Part shown: positions 20,622 to 31,128 of the stretch, one piece after another
Layout of the letters: the number at the start of each line of letters is the position of its first letter
Position numbering within the stretch: position 1 is the first letter of the stretch
Origin: an uncultured delta proteobacterium
Lineage (GTDB): Bacteria; Desulfobacterota; Binatia; UBA9968
Direction: 5' to 3'
DNA length: 64,000 nucleotides
NCBI GenBank assembly: GCA_963804165.1
Contig: CAWDPO010000035.1
Span: forward strand, 64,001-128,000
Notes under the pieces: model-generated
The model's database searches: none
Told to the model about the DNA's origin: nothing
What the model saw: only the letters and a program-made list of their open reading frames with translations
Translations under genes and position numbers: made by a program

Positions 20622-22103
20622 ATGAATTTAATTTCAGCTCTCGAAGATAGCGCGCGCCGATGGCCGGAATCGGTGGCAGTCAGCGATAAACAGTTGCTCA
20701 TGCGCTACGGGGAGCTGCGTGACACGGCGGAATCGCTGGCGGACGATATGACGGATGCCGGGCTAACACCGGGCGATAAGATAGGCTTGCTCTATGCGAC
20801 CAGCCCGGAATACATCGCGGCTTGTTTTGCGGTCATCCGCGCGGGGGGAATTGCGGTAACGATACCGCGCGCCTCCAGGCCCGACGAGATCGTCAAACTG
20901 GCCGACGCTATGGCGCTCGAAGGGTTTTGCTACAGCGACCGCTTTGAACCATGGGTCCCGGCCGGCAATGACAAGACAGCGGTCAAGAGGTCCATTTTTG
21001 CGGGCCAAACGCCCTCGTGTTTCAAGCTCGCCGCCCAACGCAGCACTCCGGAGCGAGAGCGCGAGCAATTGTTGAAGATCAACACGGCCAACATCCGTTT
21101 CAGCTCCGGCACCACGTCGCAATCCAAAGGGATCATTGTGTCGCACGAAACGATCCTCAACCGGGCCAGAGTGCACTGCGAAATCTTCTCGGTCAGCCAT
21201 GACGATCGCATGCTGTTTCTGTTGTCGATGATGCGCGCGCTGCCGACGCCGGTATGTGCGGGGCTCGTGCAAGGCGCAACCATCGTCGGAGCGGATGCCA
21301 TGAACATGCACACCTTCAAGCAGGTCGTTGCGGAATTCGGCATCACGTTGATTTATGCGGCGCCGCTATTTTATCGCACGCTCGTCAATCAGGACAATAT
21401 CAACAGGCATGACCTTTCCGGTGTAAGACATTTCGTCAGCTGGGGCGCCGCGCTATCGCCCGTTACCTCGGAAATGTTTCGCGCTAAATTCGGCCACGAG
21501 ATTCGCCAATTCTATGGTTCAGCCGAGGGAGGGGATGTGCTGGCCAATTTCAGCGAGGACGTGAGTAAGCGCGGTTCAGCGGGAAAACCCGTGCCCGGAA
21601 TCGATATCAAACTGGTCTCTGCGGGCTCGGTTATCACAAATGCGGACGAAGCCGGTGAAATCTTCTTTCGGGCTTCGGGTATGTTCGAGGGCTACTATCG
21701 ACCGTGGCGGCTCAAGGATGAAGCGCTGGAAGACGGCTGGTTCAGAACCGGGGACTTGGCCAAGCGCGACAAAGACGGTTGCTACTGGATTGTGGGCCGG
21801 AGCAAAGATGCGATCAATGTCGCGGGTCTGAAAGTATTTCCGTCGGAAGTGGAAGGCGTTCTGCTTTCCCACCCCGCGGTCGAAGAGGCTTTGGTCTTCG
21901 GGGTGACCGACCCGCTGTTTGGCGAGGTTCCGCATGCCCAGGTCAAGCTTGCTGCGGGCGTGAATTGCAGCGTTGAGGAGCTCGTTCAGTACGCGGATCA
22001 AAAGCTTTCGGTTTTCAAAACGCCCCGGAACATAGAATTTGTCGCCGAATTTGCCAAGACGCCCACAGGCAAGCTGAAGCGCAGGGGCGCGCCCGAGGAT
22101 TAG
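20622..22103 (+). CDS. Class I adenylate-forming enzyme (acyl-CoA/acyl-ACP ligase)
   Basis: FSSGTTSQSKG, FYGSAEG, WFRTGDL, KVFPSEVE, KTPTGKLKR. Confidence 0.92.
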   Translation: MNLISALEDSARRWPESVAVSDKQLLMRYGELRDTAESLADDMTDAGLTPGDKIGLLYATSPEYIAACFAVIRAGGIAVTIPRASRPDEIVKLADAMALEGFCYSDRFEPWVPAGNDKTAVKRSIFAGQTPSCFKLAAQRSTPEREREQLLKINTANIRFSSGTTSQSKGIIVSHETILNRARVHCEIFSVSHDDRMLFLLSMMRALPTPVCAGLVQGATIVGADAMNMHTFKQVVAEFGITLIYAAPLFYRTLVNQDNINRHDLSGVRHFVSWGAALSPVTSEMFRAKFGHEIRQFYGSAEGGDVLANFSEDVSKRGSAGKPVPGIDIKLVSAGSVITNADEAGEIFFRASGMFEGYYRPWRLKDEALEDGWFRTGDLAKRDKDGCYWIVGRSKDAINVAGLKVFPSEVEGVLLSHPAVEEALVFGVTDPLFGEVPHAQVKLAAGVNCSVEELVQYADQKLSVFKTPRNIEFVAEFAKTPTGKLKRRGAPED

Positions 22104-22135
22104 GGATTTTTTCCCGCAGGTTGAGGGAGCAAAGA

Positions 22136-23146
22136 ATGTTCTCACGTCGTTTTGGCATCGCACCGGCGGCCGTCATGGCATTCGCCGCGTGCATCCTAGG
22201 GTCGGCCCGGACGTGGTCGCAATCGGCCCAGCGGGTGGAAGGCGCAAGAAAAGAGGGAAAGCTGGTCTGGTATACCGCCATGAGCGGCAGTGATGCCAAA
22301 CCCATCGTGGATGCATTCACAAAGACCTACCCTTTTGTGGAAGCGGAATTCGTGGACATCACCAGCTCGCGTCTCATTCAACGGATCAATATAGAAACCC
22401 TTGCGGGCAAGTGGCTCTTCGATGTGGCGTTGGCGAACAACCTGGCCGCTATTACCGACAAGCTGTTGCCGTATTTGCCGCCGCAGGCCGACGGCATACC
22501 CAGAGAATTCAAGGATCCCAAGGGACGGTGGACCGGATGTGATCACAACTATTACGTCCTGGCCTACAACACCAAGATGGTGAGCAAAGCGGAAATTCCC
22601 CGGCGGTACGAGGATCTCCTGGATCCCAAATGGAAGGGCAATATTCTGATGGACGAAGGCGATCACGCGTGGTACGGCGCGCTGATCGCCGCCTGGGGAA
22701 AAGAAAAGGCCGATACCTTCATGAAAAAATTAGCGGGTCAAGATATTCAATGGCGGCACGGCCACACACTGTTGCTCCAACTGGTCGCGGCCGGAGAAGC
22801 GCCGCTGGGAATGCCTTACGCGAATGCAACCGAAAGGTTCAAAAGGCAGGGCGCGCCGGTCGATTGGGTCGATACCCTGAAGCCCATCGTGACGGGACTT
22901 AATTACGTAGGAATCAGCGCCAAGTCCAAGAATCTCAACACGGCAAAGCTTTTCGTTGATTTCATACTGTCGCGCCAGGGACAGGAGATTCTGCGCGACC
23001 GCGGGCGGTTGCCGGCGCGATCTTCGGTCGAGCCGCTTTCACCAAAGGCCCATTCCACCCGATTGACTTTGCAGCACATACCCGAGGAGGTATATCTCCG
23101 CAATGCGTATTTCGCCGGCGAGTTTAGAAGAATTTTCCATCGCTGA
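22136..23146 (+). CDS. Extracellular solute-binding protein (AfuA/iron-type family)
   Basis: ARKEGKLVWYT, DLLDPKWKG, AKLFVDFILS. Confidence 0.88.
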   Translation: MFSRRFGIAPAAVMAFAACILGSARTWSQSAQRVEGARKEGKLVWYTAMSGSDAKPIVDAFTKTYPFVEAEFVDITSSRLIQRINIETLAGKWLFDVALANNLAAITDKLLPYLPPQADGIPREFKDPKGRWTGCDHNYYVLAYNTKMVSKAEIPRRYEDLLDPKWKGNILMDEGDHAWYGALIAAWGKEKADTFMKKLAGQDIQWRHGHTLLLQLVAAGEAPLGMPYANATERFKRQGAPVDWVDTLKPIVTGLNYVGISAKSKNLNTAKLFVDFILSRQGQEILRDRGRLPARSSVEPLSPKAHSTRLTLQHIPEEVYLRNAYFAGEFRRIFHR

Positions 23147-23242
23147 CATGCTTTCCGAAACGATCGCGCTTTTGCAGTAAGCGACTTCTAGCCAATCCCG
23201 GTTCTAGCTTGCGGTGTTCACGCGTGAAGCGCTCGGGTGGCA

Positions 23243-23271
23243 TTGACAGCTTCGCTGTGGATGAGTAAAAC
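23243..23271 (+). promoter_or_regulatory. Sigma-70-type promoter
   Basis: TTGACA-17 nt-TAAAAC about 30 nt before ATG 23303. Confidence 0.55.
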
Positions 23272-23302
23272 CGCGACGAATTCTAAAACGACAGGATGCG
23301 CA

Positions 23303-24293
23303 ATGATTAAACGACTCCTATTCTCAGCTTTGGTGGCGATGTTCTTATGGATCGGCTGCGTCGGACCCGTGTCCGCGGCCGACACGATCAAAATCGCCTA
23401 CAGTTCCGTGAACCCTCACGCGCTGCTTGGTTTCGCTGGCTGAAAAGCGCGGCCTGTTCGCGAAATACGGACTCTCTTCCGTCGTGGTTTACATTCCCGG
23501 CGGCAGCACGGTGGTGCAGACCATGATGTCCGGCGACGTCGACTTGGGGCAGCTCACCGGCGCGCCCGGCGTCGCGGCCAATCTGCGCGGCGCCGATATC
23601 CTTTACATCGCGATGACCGACGATCGCATGGCCTACCAATTGGCCACGCGCCGAGACATCAAAACGGCCGCCGACTTGAAAGGCAAACGGCTGGGCATCA
23701 GCCGGTTCGCGTCGTCGTCCGATTTCGGCACGCGCACTCTGCTGAAACGGCTTGGCATCGATCCCAAAGACACCACTATTCTGCAAATCGGCAACGAGAC
23801 GGAGAGGCTCGCCGCGCTCAAATCCGGCAGCATCGACGGTTCGGTTTTCAACGCTCCGTTCGGCGCCGTGGCGCAGAAGTTCAATTTCAACGTCTTGGCC
23901 GACGCCGGCGCGCTTGGCATTCCTTACTTCAATACGGGTATGTGCGGCAGCGCTAAATTGCTGCAAAAGAACGAAGGCAGGATACTCAACTTTCTCCGCG
24001 CCTACGTCGAAGCGATCAAAATCTTCAAAACCGAGCCGGAGTACACGGTGAAAGCGCTCGCACAGTTCAGCCGCGTGAGCGATATGGAGTTGCTCAAAGA
24101 AGCCTACGACTACAACAGGAATAGAATTCCCGACATTCCATATCCGTCGCTGTCAGCGATGCAAGCGGTCATCGATCCGCTGGTCGAAGCTGAGCCGAAG
24201 CTCGGCAAAATCGACGCAAAAAATTACATTAGCGACCGGTATTTGAAGAAGTTGGAAGAAGAGGGATTCGTGAAGAAGTTGGTGGGGCGGTAA
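23303..24293 (+). CDS. NMT1/SsuA-type ABC substrate-binding protein (frameshift near 23428)
   Basis: Signal peptide in ORF 23237; GLFAKYGL, DLKGKRLGISRF, LEEEGFV in ORF 23427. Confidence 0.85.
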
Positions 24294-24348
24294 GGTGGAC
24301 GAGCGTTGAGTTCGATGTAGCGCGTCGTACCACTTCGCCTGTGGGGAT

Positions 24349-25374
24349 ATGGCTATGTTGCACAGCAGAATTTTTGCTTATGCAGTCTTCATCTGGTTGA
24401 TTTCAGCCTTCCCTGCCTTGTCGGCAACCGCGCTAACCAAAGTCGTGGTCGGCTACGCAGCGATGAATGGCCGCGTGTCGCCATTGGGATTGCCGATGAG
24501 CAGGGCTTTCTCGCCAGATACGGCCTCCAGGCCGACCAAGTTTATATACGCGGCGCGCCGCTCCTCGTCGCCGGTTTGGCATCGGGGGACATTCAATTCG
24601 GCCGCAGCGGTGGCAGCGCGACGCTGGCGGCTGTCGGCGCTGGCCATGATTTCAAAATTGTTGCGACCTTTTCCAGCCGCAACAGCTATGATCTCATCGC
24701 CCGGCCAAACATCAAGCGCCCGGAAGATCTGCGCGGTAAGAAAATTGCGCTCAACAGTATTGGCGGTACCGGCTGGATGGGTGTGCTCTTTTGGCTCGAA
24801 CATTTAGGCCTCGACCAAACGCGCGATCAGATCAGCATGCAGGTGCTCGGCGATCAACCCATCATGATGCAAGCAGTCGAAACCGGCATCGCCGATGCCG
24901 CGGCGCTCGACGGCGTGTTTAGCAAACACCTAAGACAGAAAGGCTTCACGGTTCTCGGCGAATCCGCCAACCTCGTCCAGCGGACCGTCGGCCAGGCGAT
25001 GGTCGTGCCGCAATCTTTTCTCAGCCAGCGACCCGATATCGTGGAAAACTATCTCAAGGCGGAGATCGAAGCGTTAGCGTTTTCCGTAGCACCGAAGAAC
25101 AAACCTACGGTGATAAAAACCATAATGAAACGGCTTAAAGCCAACGCTAACGACGCCGAGGAAGGCTATCAAGACCTGCTAAAAGGCGTCGACCGCAAAC
25201 CGTTTCCATCGCTGGACGGCTTGCGCAACGTGCAAAGAATGCTGAAAACGCGCAATCCGAAGATCGGCGAGGTCAAGACCGAAGAAGTGATCGACGCGCG
25301 CATCATGCGCAAGCTGGATGAATCTGGCTTTATCGACCGGGCTCTACGCGGCGCAGGGTGTGAGTTTGAAATAA
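24349..25374 (+). CDS. NMT1/SsuA-type ABC substrate-binding protein (frameshifts near 24488 and 25340)
   Basis: Signal peptide, DLRGKKIAL, KPFPSLDG, LDESGFIDR. Confidence 0.83.
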
Positions 25375-25419
25375 GCTGCCGATCGTTAATGGCAAGATTG
25401 CAGGGCCTGGCCCCAAGAC

Positions 25420-25720
25420 CTACTAGGCTGACGGAACTGTGCGAGGAAGTGCAGCGGAACCATGGCGAGAAAACTCTCACGAAAAACGGTAAAATTTGTG
25501 CGGCTTGATCGATGTGGAACGGCTAGATTATTATCAAGATTTAGGGCGGGAGTCTGTGCATTTGACTCAGCTTGGTGCGGCGATCAAAGGTATCGATGAT
25601 GTTAATGCCGGAAGAGTTATGAGTGCGAAAAAGTTAGAGCCGGTTATGTCCGCTAACTCGTGATCAATCTTCCTTCAGCGATCATCTAAATTTATCTTTT
25701 GATCTGCGCTAGTTTTGGTC
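25420..25720 (+). pseudogene. Decayed Phd/YefM antitoxin plus C-terminal remnant of a RelE/ParE-type toxin
   Basis: Hand translation across frames: RLTELCEEVQRNHGEKTLTKNGKICA.LIDVERLDYYQDL...AAIKGIDDVNAGRV, then SFSDHLNLSFDLR*FW. Confidence 0.55.
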
Positions 25721-25787
25721 TCGAGCAATAAGCGGTGTTTGAGCGCTCGCGAGCGTGTGCCTTCTTGCTGAAGTACATAGCGCGCAG

Positions 25788-26765
25788 TTATGGCCAAAAG
25801 CCGCGTTCGATCAACTGGTGATAAAAGAGATTGAGAAAGGCCTTGAGGCGGGCTGCGCCGGTGTAATGGGTGAACTCGCTTGGGACCTTGAACTCGGCCT
25901 GTATCTGCTCGACTGACTTGCCCGCGGCGATCATTTTCGAAACCTCATCTCGCATGACCACGAAGTAGCGCCGCTGCTCTTCGATATCAGCAATGCCGCG
26001 CCCGACGTGCACGGGCCCATGCCCAGGAACGTAAGTATCCACTGGAAGGCGTCGCTCGATGACTCGGTCAAGGATCGCGATCCAATTGCGCGCGTTGGAG
26101 AAAAACACCATTGCCGATTCGCCCGGGCCAGGGTGGATCTCGGTGTCGAGCAGGTCGCCCATTAGCATCACACGCTTCTGGGGAATGTACAGTGTTACGT
26201 CGCTTGTGCTGTGCGCGCCGCCCTCCTCGATGAGCTGGAACGTGAGCCCACCGAACTGTAGTGTTAAAGCGCCTTCGAATGCGATGTCCGGTTGCATGAG
26301 CTCGGCGCTCTGGTATTCGGTGAAGCGCGGGTCCTTCGATGCCTTGCGCTCGGCGAACTCCACGCGCTCCTGCATGTAGAGATCGCGCATCTGCTTGCGG
26401 GTCGCTATGAAGGTGGGTTTGTCCTCGCGAAAGTGCCAAACGCCTGTGGCATGATCACCGCTGGCGTGCGACACCACCACGTAGCGGATTTTCTTGTCTG
26501 TAGTGCGGCGGATCGCAGCCATGACCTGATTCGCGGTCCGTACGTCCGCGTCGAAGACCAGCACTCCGTCGGGGGTTACAACAAAGGCAGAATTGCTCGA
26601 TCCCGTCGGGTGCTGCATCACGTAAATGTTGTCGGCGATTTTGCGCAACTCCATGGGCTTCGGTGCCGATTGCTCAGCCGCCTGAGAATCAGTGATCGAA
26701 CCTGCGGAGATGGCGATTGTGCAGACAACTATGCACAACAAGGTCTGTGCTCTAATTCTAATCAT
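25788..26765 (-). CDS. MBL-fold metallo-hydrolase, exported
   Basis: SHASGDH (variant HxHxDH), AHSTSD, MGDL, VPGHG; signal peptide; GGAGG RBS. Confidence 0.85.
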   Translation of the reverse strand: MIRIRAQTLLCIVVCTIAISAGSITDSQAAEQSAPKPMELRKIADNIYVMQHPTGSSNSAFVVTPDGVLVFDADVRTANQVMAAIRRTTDKKIRYVVVSHASGDHATGVWHFREDKPTFIATRKQMRDLYMQERVEFAERKASKDPRFTEYQSAELMQPDIAFEGALTLQFGGLTFQLIEEGGAHSTSDVTLYIPQKRVMLMGDLLDTEIHPGPGESAMVFFSNARNWIAILDRVIERRLPVDTYVPGHGPVHVGRGIADIEEQRRYFVVMRDEVSKMIAAGKSVEQIQAEFKVPSEFTHYTGAARLKAFLNLFYHQLIERGFWP

Positions 26766-26787
26766 GTTGTTTCCTCCGTTAACGCTT

Positions 26788-27861
26788 CTACTGTGCCTTT
26801 GCTTTCCGCGCCGCGGCGATGTCGCCTTCGGTGAAGCGGTAGAAGCGCACCGGGTTGTCGTAGAGCATTTTTCGTTTGAACTCATCGGACAGATCTTTGC
26901 GCGCTTTTAGGTGCGGAAGATCGCCGCCGAATTGGTCGCGTTCGCGTTCGTGGGGGAAGTCGGATGCCCACATGATGACGTCAGGATGAACTAAGTCGGC
27001 GATGTACGGCGCGGTACGTTCTTCGACTTCCATGGTGACGAAAATATTTCCTGATTTGAAAAAATGGCTCGGCGGCGATTTTAGATTCGGTGCCAGGCGG
27101 GCGGCGAATTTTTCGTAGTCTTCCTCCATTCGATCCATCATGAACGGCACCCAACCGGCGCCGGCTTCGAGGTAGGCGATGCGCATTTTGGGAAATTCCT
27201 GGAAGACACCTTGAAACATCATGTTGGTGATTTGCAGAAACAAGCCGACGGGATGTTCGAGCATGTGCGCTTCCAGAAAGCTTGCCACGCGGTCGAGGCC
27301 GAGATTTTGACTGACGCCGCCATGGATGGTGAGCGGTACGTCGAGACGCTGCGCTTCGTCGTAGATTTCGTGAAACACCGGCGACCCGTAGAGTGGCGTT
27401 CGGTTATTGGTCACGGACGGCAACAGTCCGGCTGAAAAACCTAGATCCTTCACACAGCGGCGCAGTTCAGCAGCAGCGGCTTTGGGATCTTGCGGTGCGA
27501 GCAGGGCGACGCCTTTGAGGCGCGGCGATTGGCTGGTGAAGCGGTCATAGAGCCAGTCGTTGTAGCCTTGTGCGATCGCCGACGCCCACGCTGGGAGTTG
27601 GATCATTCCAATCGCCAGGGCGGAGGTCGGGTAGAGCACGGCGCAGTCGATGCCATGCTCATTCTGAAAACGGATCCACGCTTCGGCGTCGGGATCTTCG
27701 CGCTTGCCTTTGCGCGCCAGGCCGCGCTGCCAACCATCGGCGTCGAACATCGGCCAGGTCGAGTGCCAATTCATCTCGCTAAAGTTACCTTTGATGTGAG
27801 CGAAGATGTCCTTGTGGTCTTCCATAATATGGCCGTCTGCGTCGATAACGAATTGGGTCAT
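26788..27861 (-). CDS. Amidohydrolase_2 family protein
   Basis: IDADGH, AVLYPT, YNDW, LEAGAGWVP, WASDFPH. Confidence 0.9.
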   Translation of the reverse strand: MTQFVIDADGHIMEDHKDIFAHIKGNFSEMNWHSTWPMFDADGWQRGLARKGKREDPDAEAWIRFQNEHGIDCAVLYPTSALAIGMIQLPAWASAIAQGYNDWLYDRFTSQSPRLKGVALLAPQDPKAAAAELRRCVKDLGFSAGLLPSVTNNRTPLYGSPVFHEIYDEAQRLDVPLTIHGGVSQNLGLDRVASFLEAHMLEHPVGLFLQITNMMFQGVFQEFPKMRIAYLEAGAGWVPFMMDRMEEDYEKFAARLAPNLKSPPSHFFKSGNIFVTMEVEERTAPYIADLVHPDVIMWASDFPHERERDQFGGDLPHLKARKDLSDEFKRKMLYDNPVRFYRFTEGDIAAARKAKAQ

Positions 27862-27891
27862 GGCTTTTCCCTCCTGGCAATCTGTCTCGGA

Positions 27892-27966
27892 TGTCATTCT
27901 GAGGCGCAGCCGAAGATTCTCGAAGTCAATCCGCGGACGAGATCCTTCACGTTGTTCAGGATGACA
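27892..27966 (+). repeat. REP-like palindromic element (TGTCATTCTGAG...GGATGACA)
   Basis: Self-complementary ends; related copy in opposite orientation at 30132-30239. Confidence 0.7.
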
Positions 27967-28043
27967 CCTGTCTTCGTTCTTCAGTATCGTGCTGATTCTC
28001 GATGGGATTCGGCAACGCTTTGAAATGCCTTACTAAAGCCTCT

Positions 28044-29051
28044 CTACTGCAGGAAAATCTTTTGGTATTCCTTCTTCTTCGTCTCGTAGTCTTCCTTGCC
28101 GAACTGGTACATCTGCACAAACTTGATCTTGTCGGCGTCGGGCAGCGGCGGATGGACGCCTTTGCGGTTGACGAATTCGCCGGTCGCGGCCTGAATCTTC
28201 ATGCTCTCTTCGTCGAGAAAGAAATCGATAAACGCCTTGCCGGCGTTAGGCCTGGGAGCTTTGGAGCCGAGACTGATGTACTGGCCGTCGCCGAGCATAT
28301 TGTAGTCCCGGACGTAGTCGAGATCGGCTCCTTGTTTGTTGTAGGTCAGAACGAAGCGAACGAAGGTGATGCCGATGGGCGTCTCGCCGGTGCCGACGCG
28401 ATCGGCCGCGGGCACGATGGACTCGACGAATGTCGGTTTCGTCGCGGCGAGATCGCGGATGAATTTCTCCGCCCGAGGTTTTGGCATTATTTTATCCAGG
28501 CTGGCCAGCCACTGAGTGGTCAACGTATGATTCACGGGATGAGGCATGACCAGCTTGCCGCGGTACTCCGGCTTGACCACGTCTTCGAGCGTCTTCGGCG
28601 CTTCATTGGCCTTGATGCCGGCTTTGTTGAAGATGACGCCGTAGAGCACGTTACGGTAGCGGGCGCCGAGAGTCGGATCGATGGCATCCTTGGCGAAGCC
28701 TTTAAGCGACGGCGATTCGTATTTTACGAACGCGCCGGCTTTGGCCATTAGGTGCATGTGATCGCCCGTGGTGGCAACGACGTCAAAAAGAGGTTTGCCG
28801 ACGCGATGCTCGGCAAGGACGCGATCAATAACCTCGGTGGAACCCCCGCGCCAGTATTCCATCTGGAGGCCGGTCTTGGCTTCAAAAGCTTTTTTCAGCG
28901 CGTCGGCAGTGAAAGTCTCCATCGAGGTGTAGACGATCACTTTGCCGCCGTCTTTTTTGGCCGCGTCGACGAGTTTGGTATTTTGCGCCGACACACCCTG
29001 AGCGCAAACGATGAATAGCGTCACCAACAACAAAGCGAAAGAATTACGCAT
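28044..29051 (-). CDS. Extracellular solute-binding protein (AfuA/iron-type family)
   Basis: Signal peptide, VIVYTSM, APKTLEDVVKPEYRGK, GKAFIDFFL. Confidence 0.88.
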   Translation of the reverse strand: MRNSFALLLVTLFIVCAQGVSAQNTKLVDAAKKDGGKVIVYTSMETFTADALKKAFEAKTGLQMEYWRGGSTEVIDRVLAEHRVGKPLFDVVATTGDHMHLMAKAGAFVKYESPSLKGFAKDAIDPTLGARYRNVLYGVIFNKAGIKANEAPKTLEDVVKPEYRGKLVMPHPVNHTLTTQWLASLDKIMPKPRAEKFIRDLAATKPTFVESIVPAADRVGTGETPIGITFVRFVLTYNKQGADLDYVRDYNMLGDGQYISLGSKAPRPNAGKAFIDFFLDEESMKIQAATGEFVNRKGVHPPLPDADKIKFVQMYQFGKEDYETKKKEYQKIFLQ

Positions 29052-29081
29052 AGAAAACTCTTTTCATCGACTCACAATGTT

Positions 29082-30062
29082 TCAATTCTTCGCCATCAGT
29101 TTTTTGAAAAATCCTTCGCGGTCCAGCTCGTCGACGATGCTTTCGTCGAGATATCTGCCGAGGTTCATGTCGACTTTCACGGCCGGATTTCGCTGCGCGA
29201 TAATTTCCAGCGTATTGCGCAAGCCTTCCTGCGATACCCGGGTCGGCATCGAAAAACTCTTGGCAAAGTAATCGTAGGTTTCTTCCAGTCCTTTGGGGTT
29301 CTTAAATCGCAGTCGCTTGGAGAGCACCGCGAGTCCCTTTTCCCTGTTGGTCATGAACTGGTAGGTGCCGTCGGCGTAGGCTTGCTGAAAACGTTTCACC
29401 GCATCGCGATTCTTTTCCACAAACGAACGGCGGGCGATCATGACATTCATCGGAAACGAGGTTCCTTTGACCTCGGGCATTTTTACCAACTCGTGCATAC
29501 CGAGGCGCAGCGCTTCGTTGATGTCAGGATAAGACAACATGGTGCCGTCAATGGCTCTGGTCGAAAGCGCCACGATGCGCGCGGCTGAGTCGCCAGCCGG
29601 AAAAATCGTCACCGACGGGCGCGCGATATTCCAAGCTTTGAGAGCGAGAAACGTCGCGGTCTCGGTGGCGCCGCCGACGGCGAGAATGCCGATTTTTTTT
29701 CCGGCTAGATCCTCGGGCTTGCGAATTTCCTTTTGGGTCACAAAGCTGTAGGGAAAGTTGTTGAGTGTTCCCGAAATCATCACAATATCCGCGCCCTGAT
29801 TGATCGCGTTGATCCCCGTGGCCGCGTCGACCTGGGCGAGGTGGATACTGCCGCCGAGCACGGCCTGGATTTGGCGAACCGACCCGGGCACGAGCACGAC
29901 GTCACCGTTGAAGCCATACTTCGCCATCGAGCCCAAATCCTTCGGCGCCCACACCGGCGCTTGAAAGCCGGCAAAGCCGGCGTAGGCGACGAGATAGCTT
30001 TCTTGTGCGGCGAGGTTGACCGGCGAGATCAAAAGCAAAAAGACAAAAAGCTTCGTAAACAT
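29082..30062 (-). CDS. NMT1/SsuA-type ABC substrate-binding protein
   Basis: Signal peptide, EDLAGKKIGI, LDREGFF. Confidence 0.85.
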   Translation of the reverse strand: MFTKLFVFLLLISPVNLAAQESYLVAYAGFAGFQAPVWAPKDLGSMAKYGFNGDVVLVPGSVRQIQAVLGGSIHLAQVDAATGINAINQGADIVMISGTLNNFPYSFVTQKEIRKPEDLAGKKIGILAVGGATETATFLALKAWNIARPSVTIFPAGDSAARIVALSTRAIDGTMLSYPDINEALRLGMHELVKMPEVKGTSFPMNVMIARRSFVEKNRDAVKRFQQAYADGTYQFMTNREKGLAVLSKRLRFKNPKGLEETYDYFAKSFSMPTRVSQEGLRNTLEIIAQRNPAVKVDMNLGRYLDESIVDELDREGFFKKLMAKN

Positions 30063-30131
30063 TTTTTGGATTTTTCCGCCTTTTGATTGGAATGGACGCT
30101 CTCCCGACTGAGACGCTCGCTGTTCAGAGGT

Positions 30132-30239
30132 TGTCATCCCTGAACCCTTCGGCGGGACTCAGGATAAACTCCGTGAAGGATCTCGACCGATCCACAGGTT
30201 ACCAAAAACGGGATTCTTCGGCTTTGCCTCAGAATGACA
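30132..30239 (-). repeat. REP-like palindromic element, second copy
   Basis: Reverse complement begins tgtcattctgaggcaaagccgaagaatc, matching 27892. Confidence 0.7.
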
Positions 30240-30319
30240 GCAAAATTTAACGGATACTTGAAACACTCGTGTTCATTTTTCAATTGCGTTGGAAGGCATG
30301 CTTTTACGGGATCGAATTT

Positions 30320-31078
30320 TCATGTCCATCCCCGTGTCCAGCGCTCGTCTCTTTTTATTTTGTCCTCGTAGTAGTTCCATTCGGCGGAATGAAACATCTC
30401 GTCCCTCGGTCTGCGGAAGAGCTTTTGCCGGCTTTCGGTCAAGGTATTGATCGCGTCCGGCGTCGGTCCCTGGTATCCGTGGAGGCCGGCGATGGCCATG
30501 ATCTTTGCCGTGCGTTCCATGTAGAGCGCGCCCATGCAGGCCTCGTCGATGGTTTCGCCGACTGTCACGATGCCGTGCCCTTTGATCATGACCGCCGACG
30601 CGTCGCCCAGGCATTTTGCAAGTTCCGCGCCTTCGGATTCATCCAAAATGTAGATGGGACGAGGGAAGATCGGTGTCCCGCCTTTAAAGCGAGATGATTG
30701 CATGTGCACCCAATCGACAGGTCTATCCGCAAGGCTGAGGGCAATACACATGGAGGCGTGGCAGTGGACGGCAGCGTTGACGTCCGGCCTGACTTTGAAA
30801 ATTTCCGTGTAGATCACCGACTCGCGCGGGATCGTGCCGACGCCGGAAAGCTTCTTCAATGAATAGTCGAAGTGAACCAACCAGTCTTTTTTTTCTCGCT
30901 CCGCGCGGCGAAACATGCGCACCGCGATGCCGCGATTGCCGGGAAGGCGGGTGCCGACGTGGCCCCAGATATCGCCGATTTCCCATTCAAGGATCCTCGC
31001 GGCAGTATTCAATTCTTGTTCGATGGCCTTGATCGATTTCTTAAGCTGTTGGCCGACTGCTTTATCGGATTTGCTCAT
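30320..31078 (-). CDS. Class II aldolase/adducin family protein
   Basis: WGHVG, RPDVNAAVHCH, MIKGHGIVTVG. Confidence 0.88.
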   Translation of the reverse strand: MSKSDKAVGQQLKKSIKAIEQELNTAARILEWEIGDIWGHVGTRLPGNRGIAVRMFRRAEREKKDWLVHFDYSLKKLSGVGTIPRESVIYTEIFKVRPDVNAAVHCHASMCIALSLADRPVDWVHMQSSRFKGGTPIFPRPIYILDESEGAELAKCLGDASAVMIKGHGIVTVGETIDEACMGALYMERTAKIMAIAGLHGYQGPTPDAINTLTESRQKLFRRPRDEMFHSAEWNYYEDKIKRDERWTRGWT

Positions 31079-31128
31079 AAATTCTCTTTTCGTTTTTTAT
31101 TGGTTGATGATGCCCCCAAGGGTCCCAA

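Noticed and set aside
8922-25374. Calling the frameshifted MTase, M48 peptidase, glycine-zipper, esterase and SBP genes pseudogenes or programmed frameshifts
   Set aside because: Each has one or two single-base indels, often in short homopolymers, with both parts otherwise intact. Long-read consensus error is the simpler explanation.
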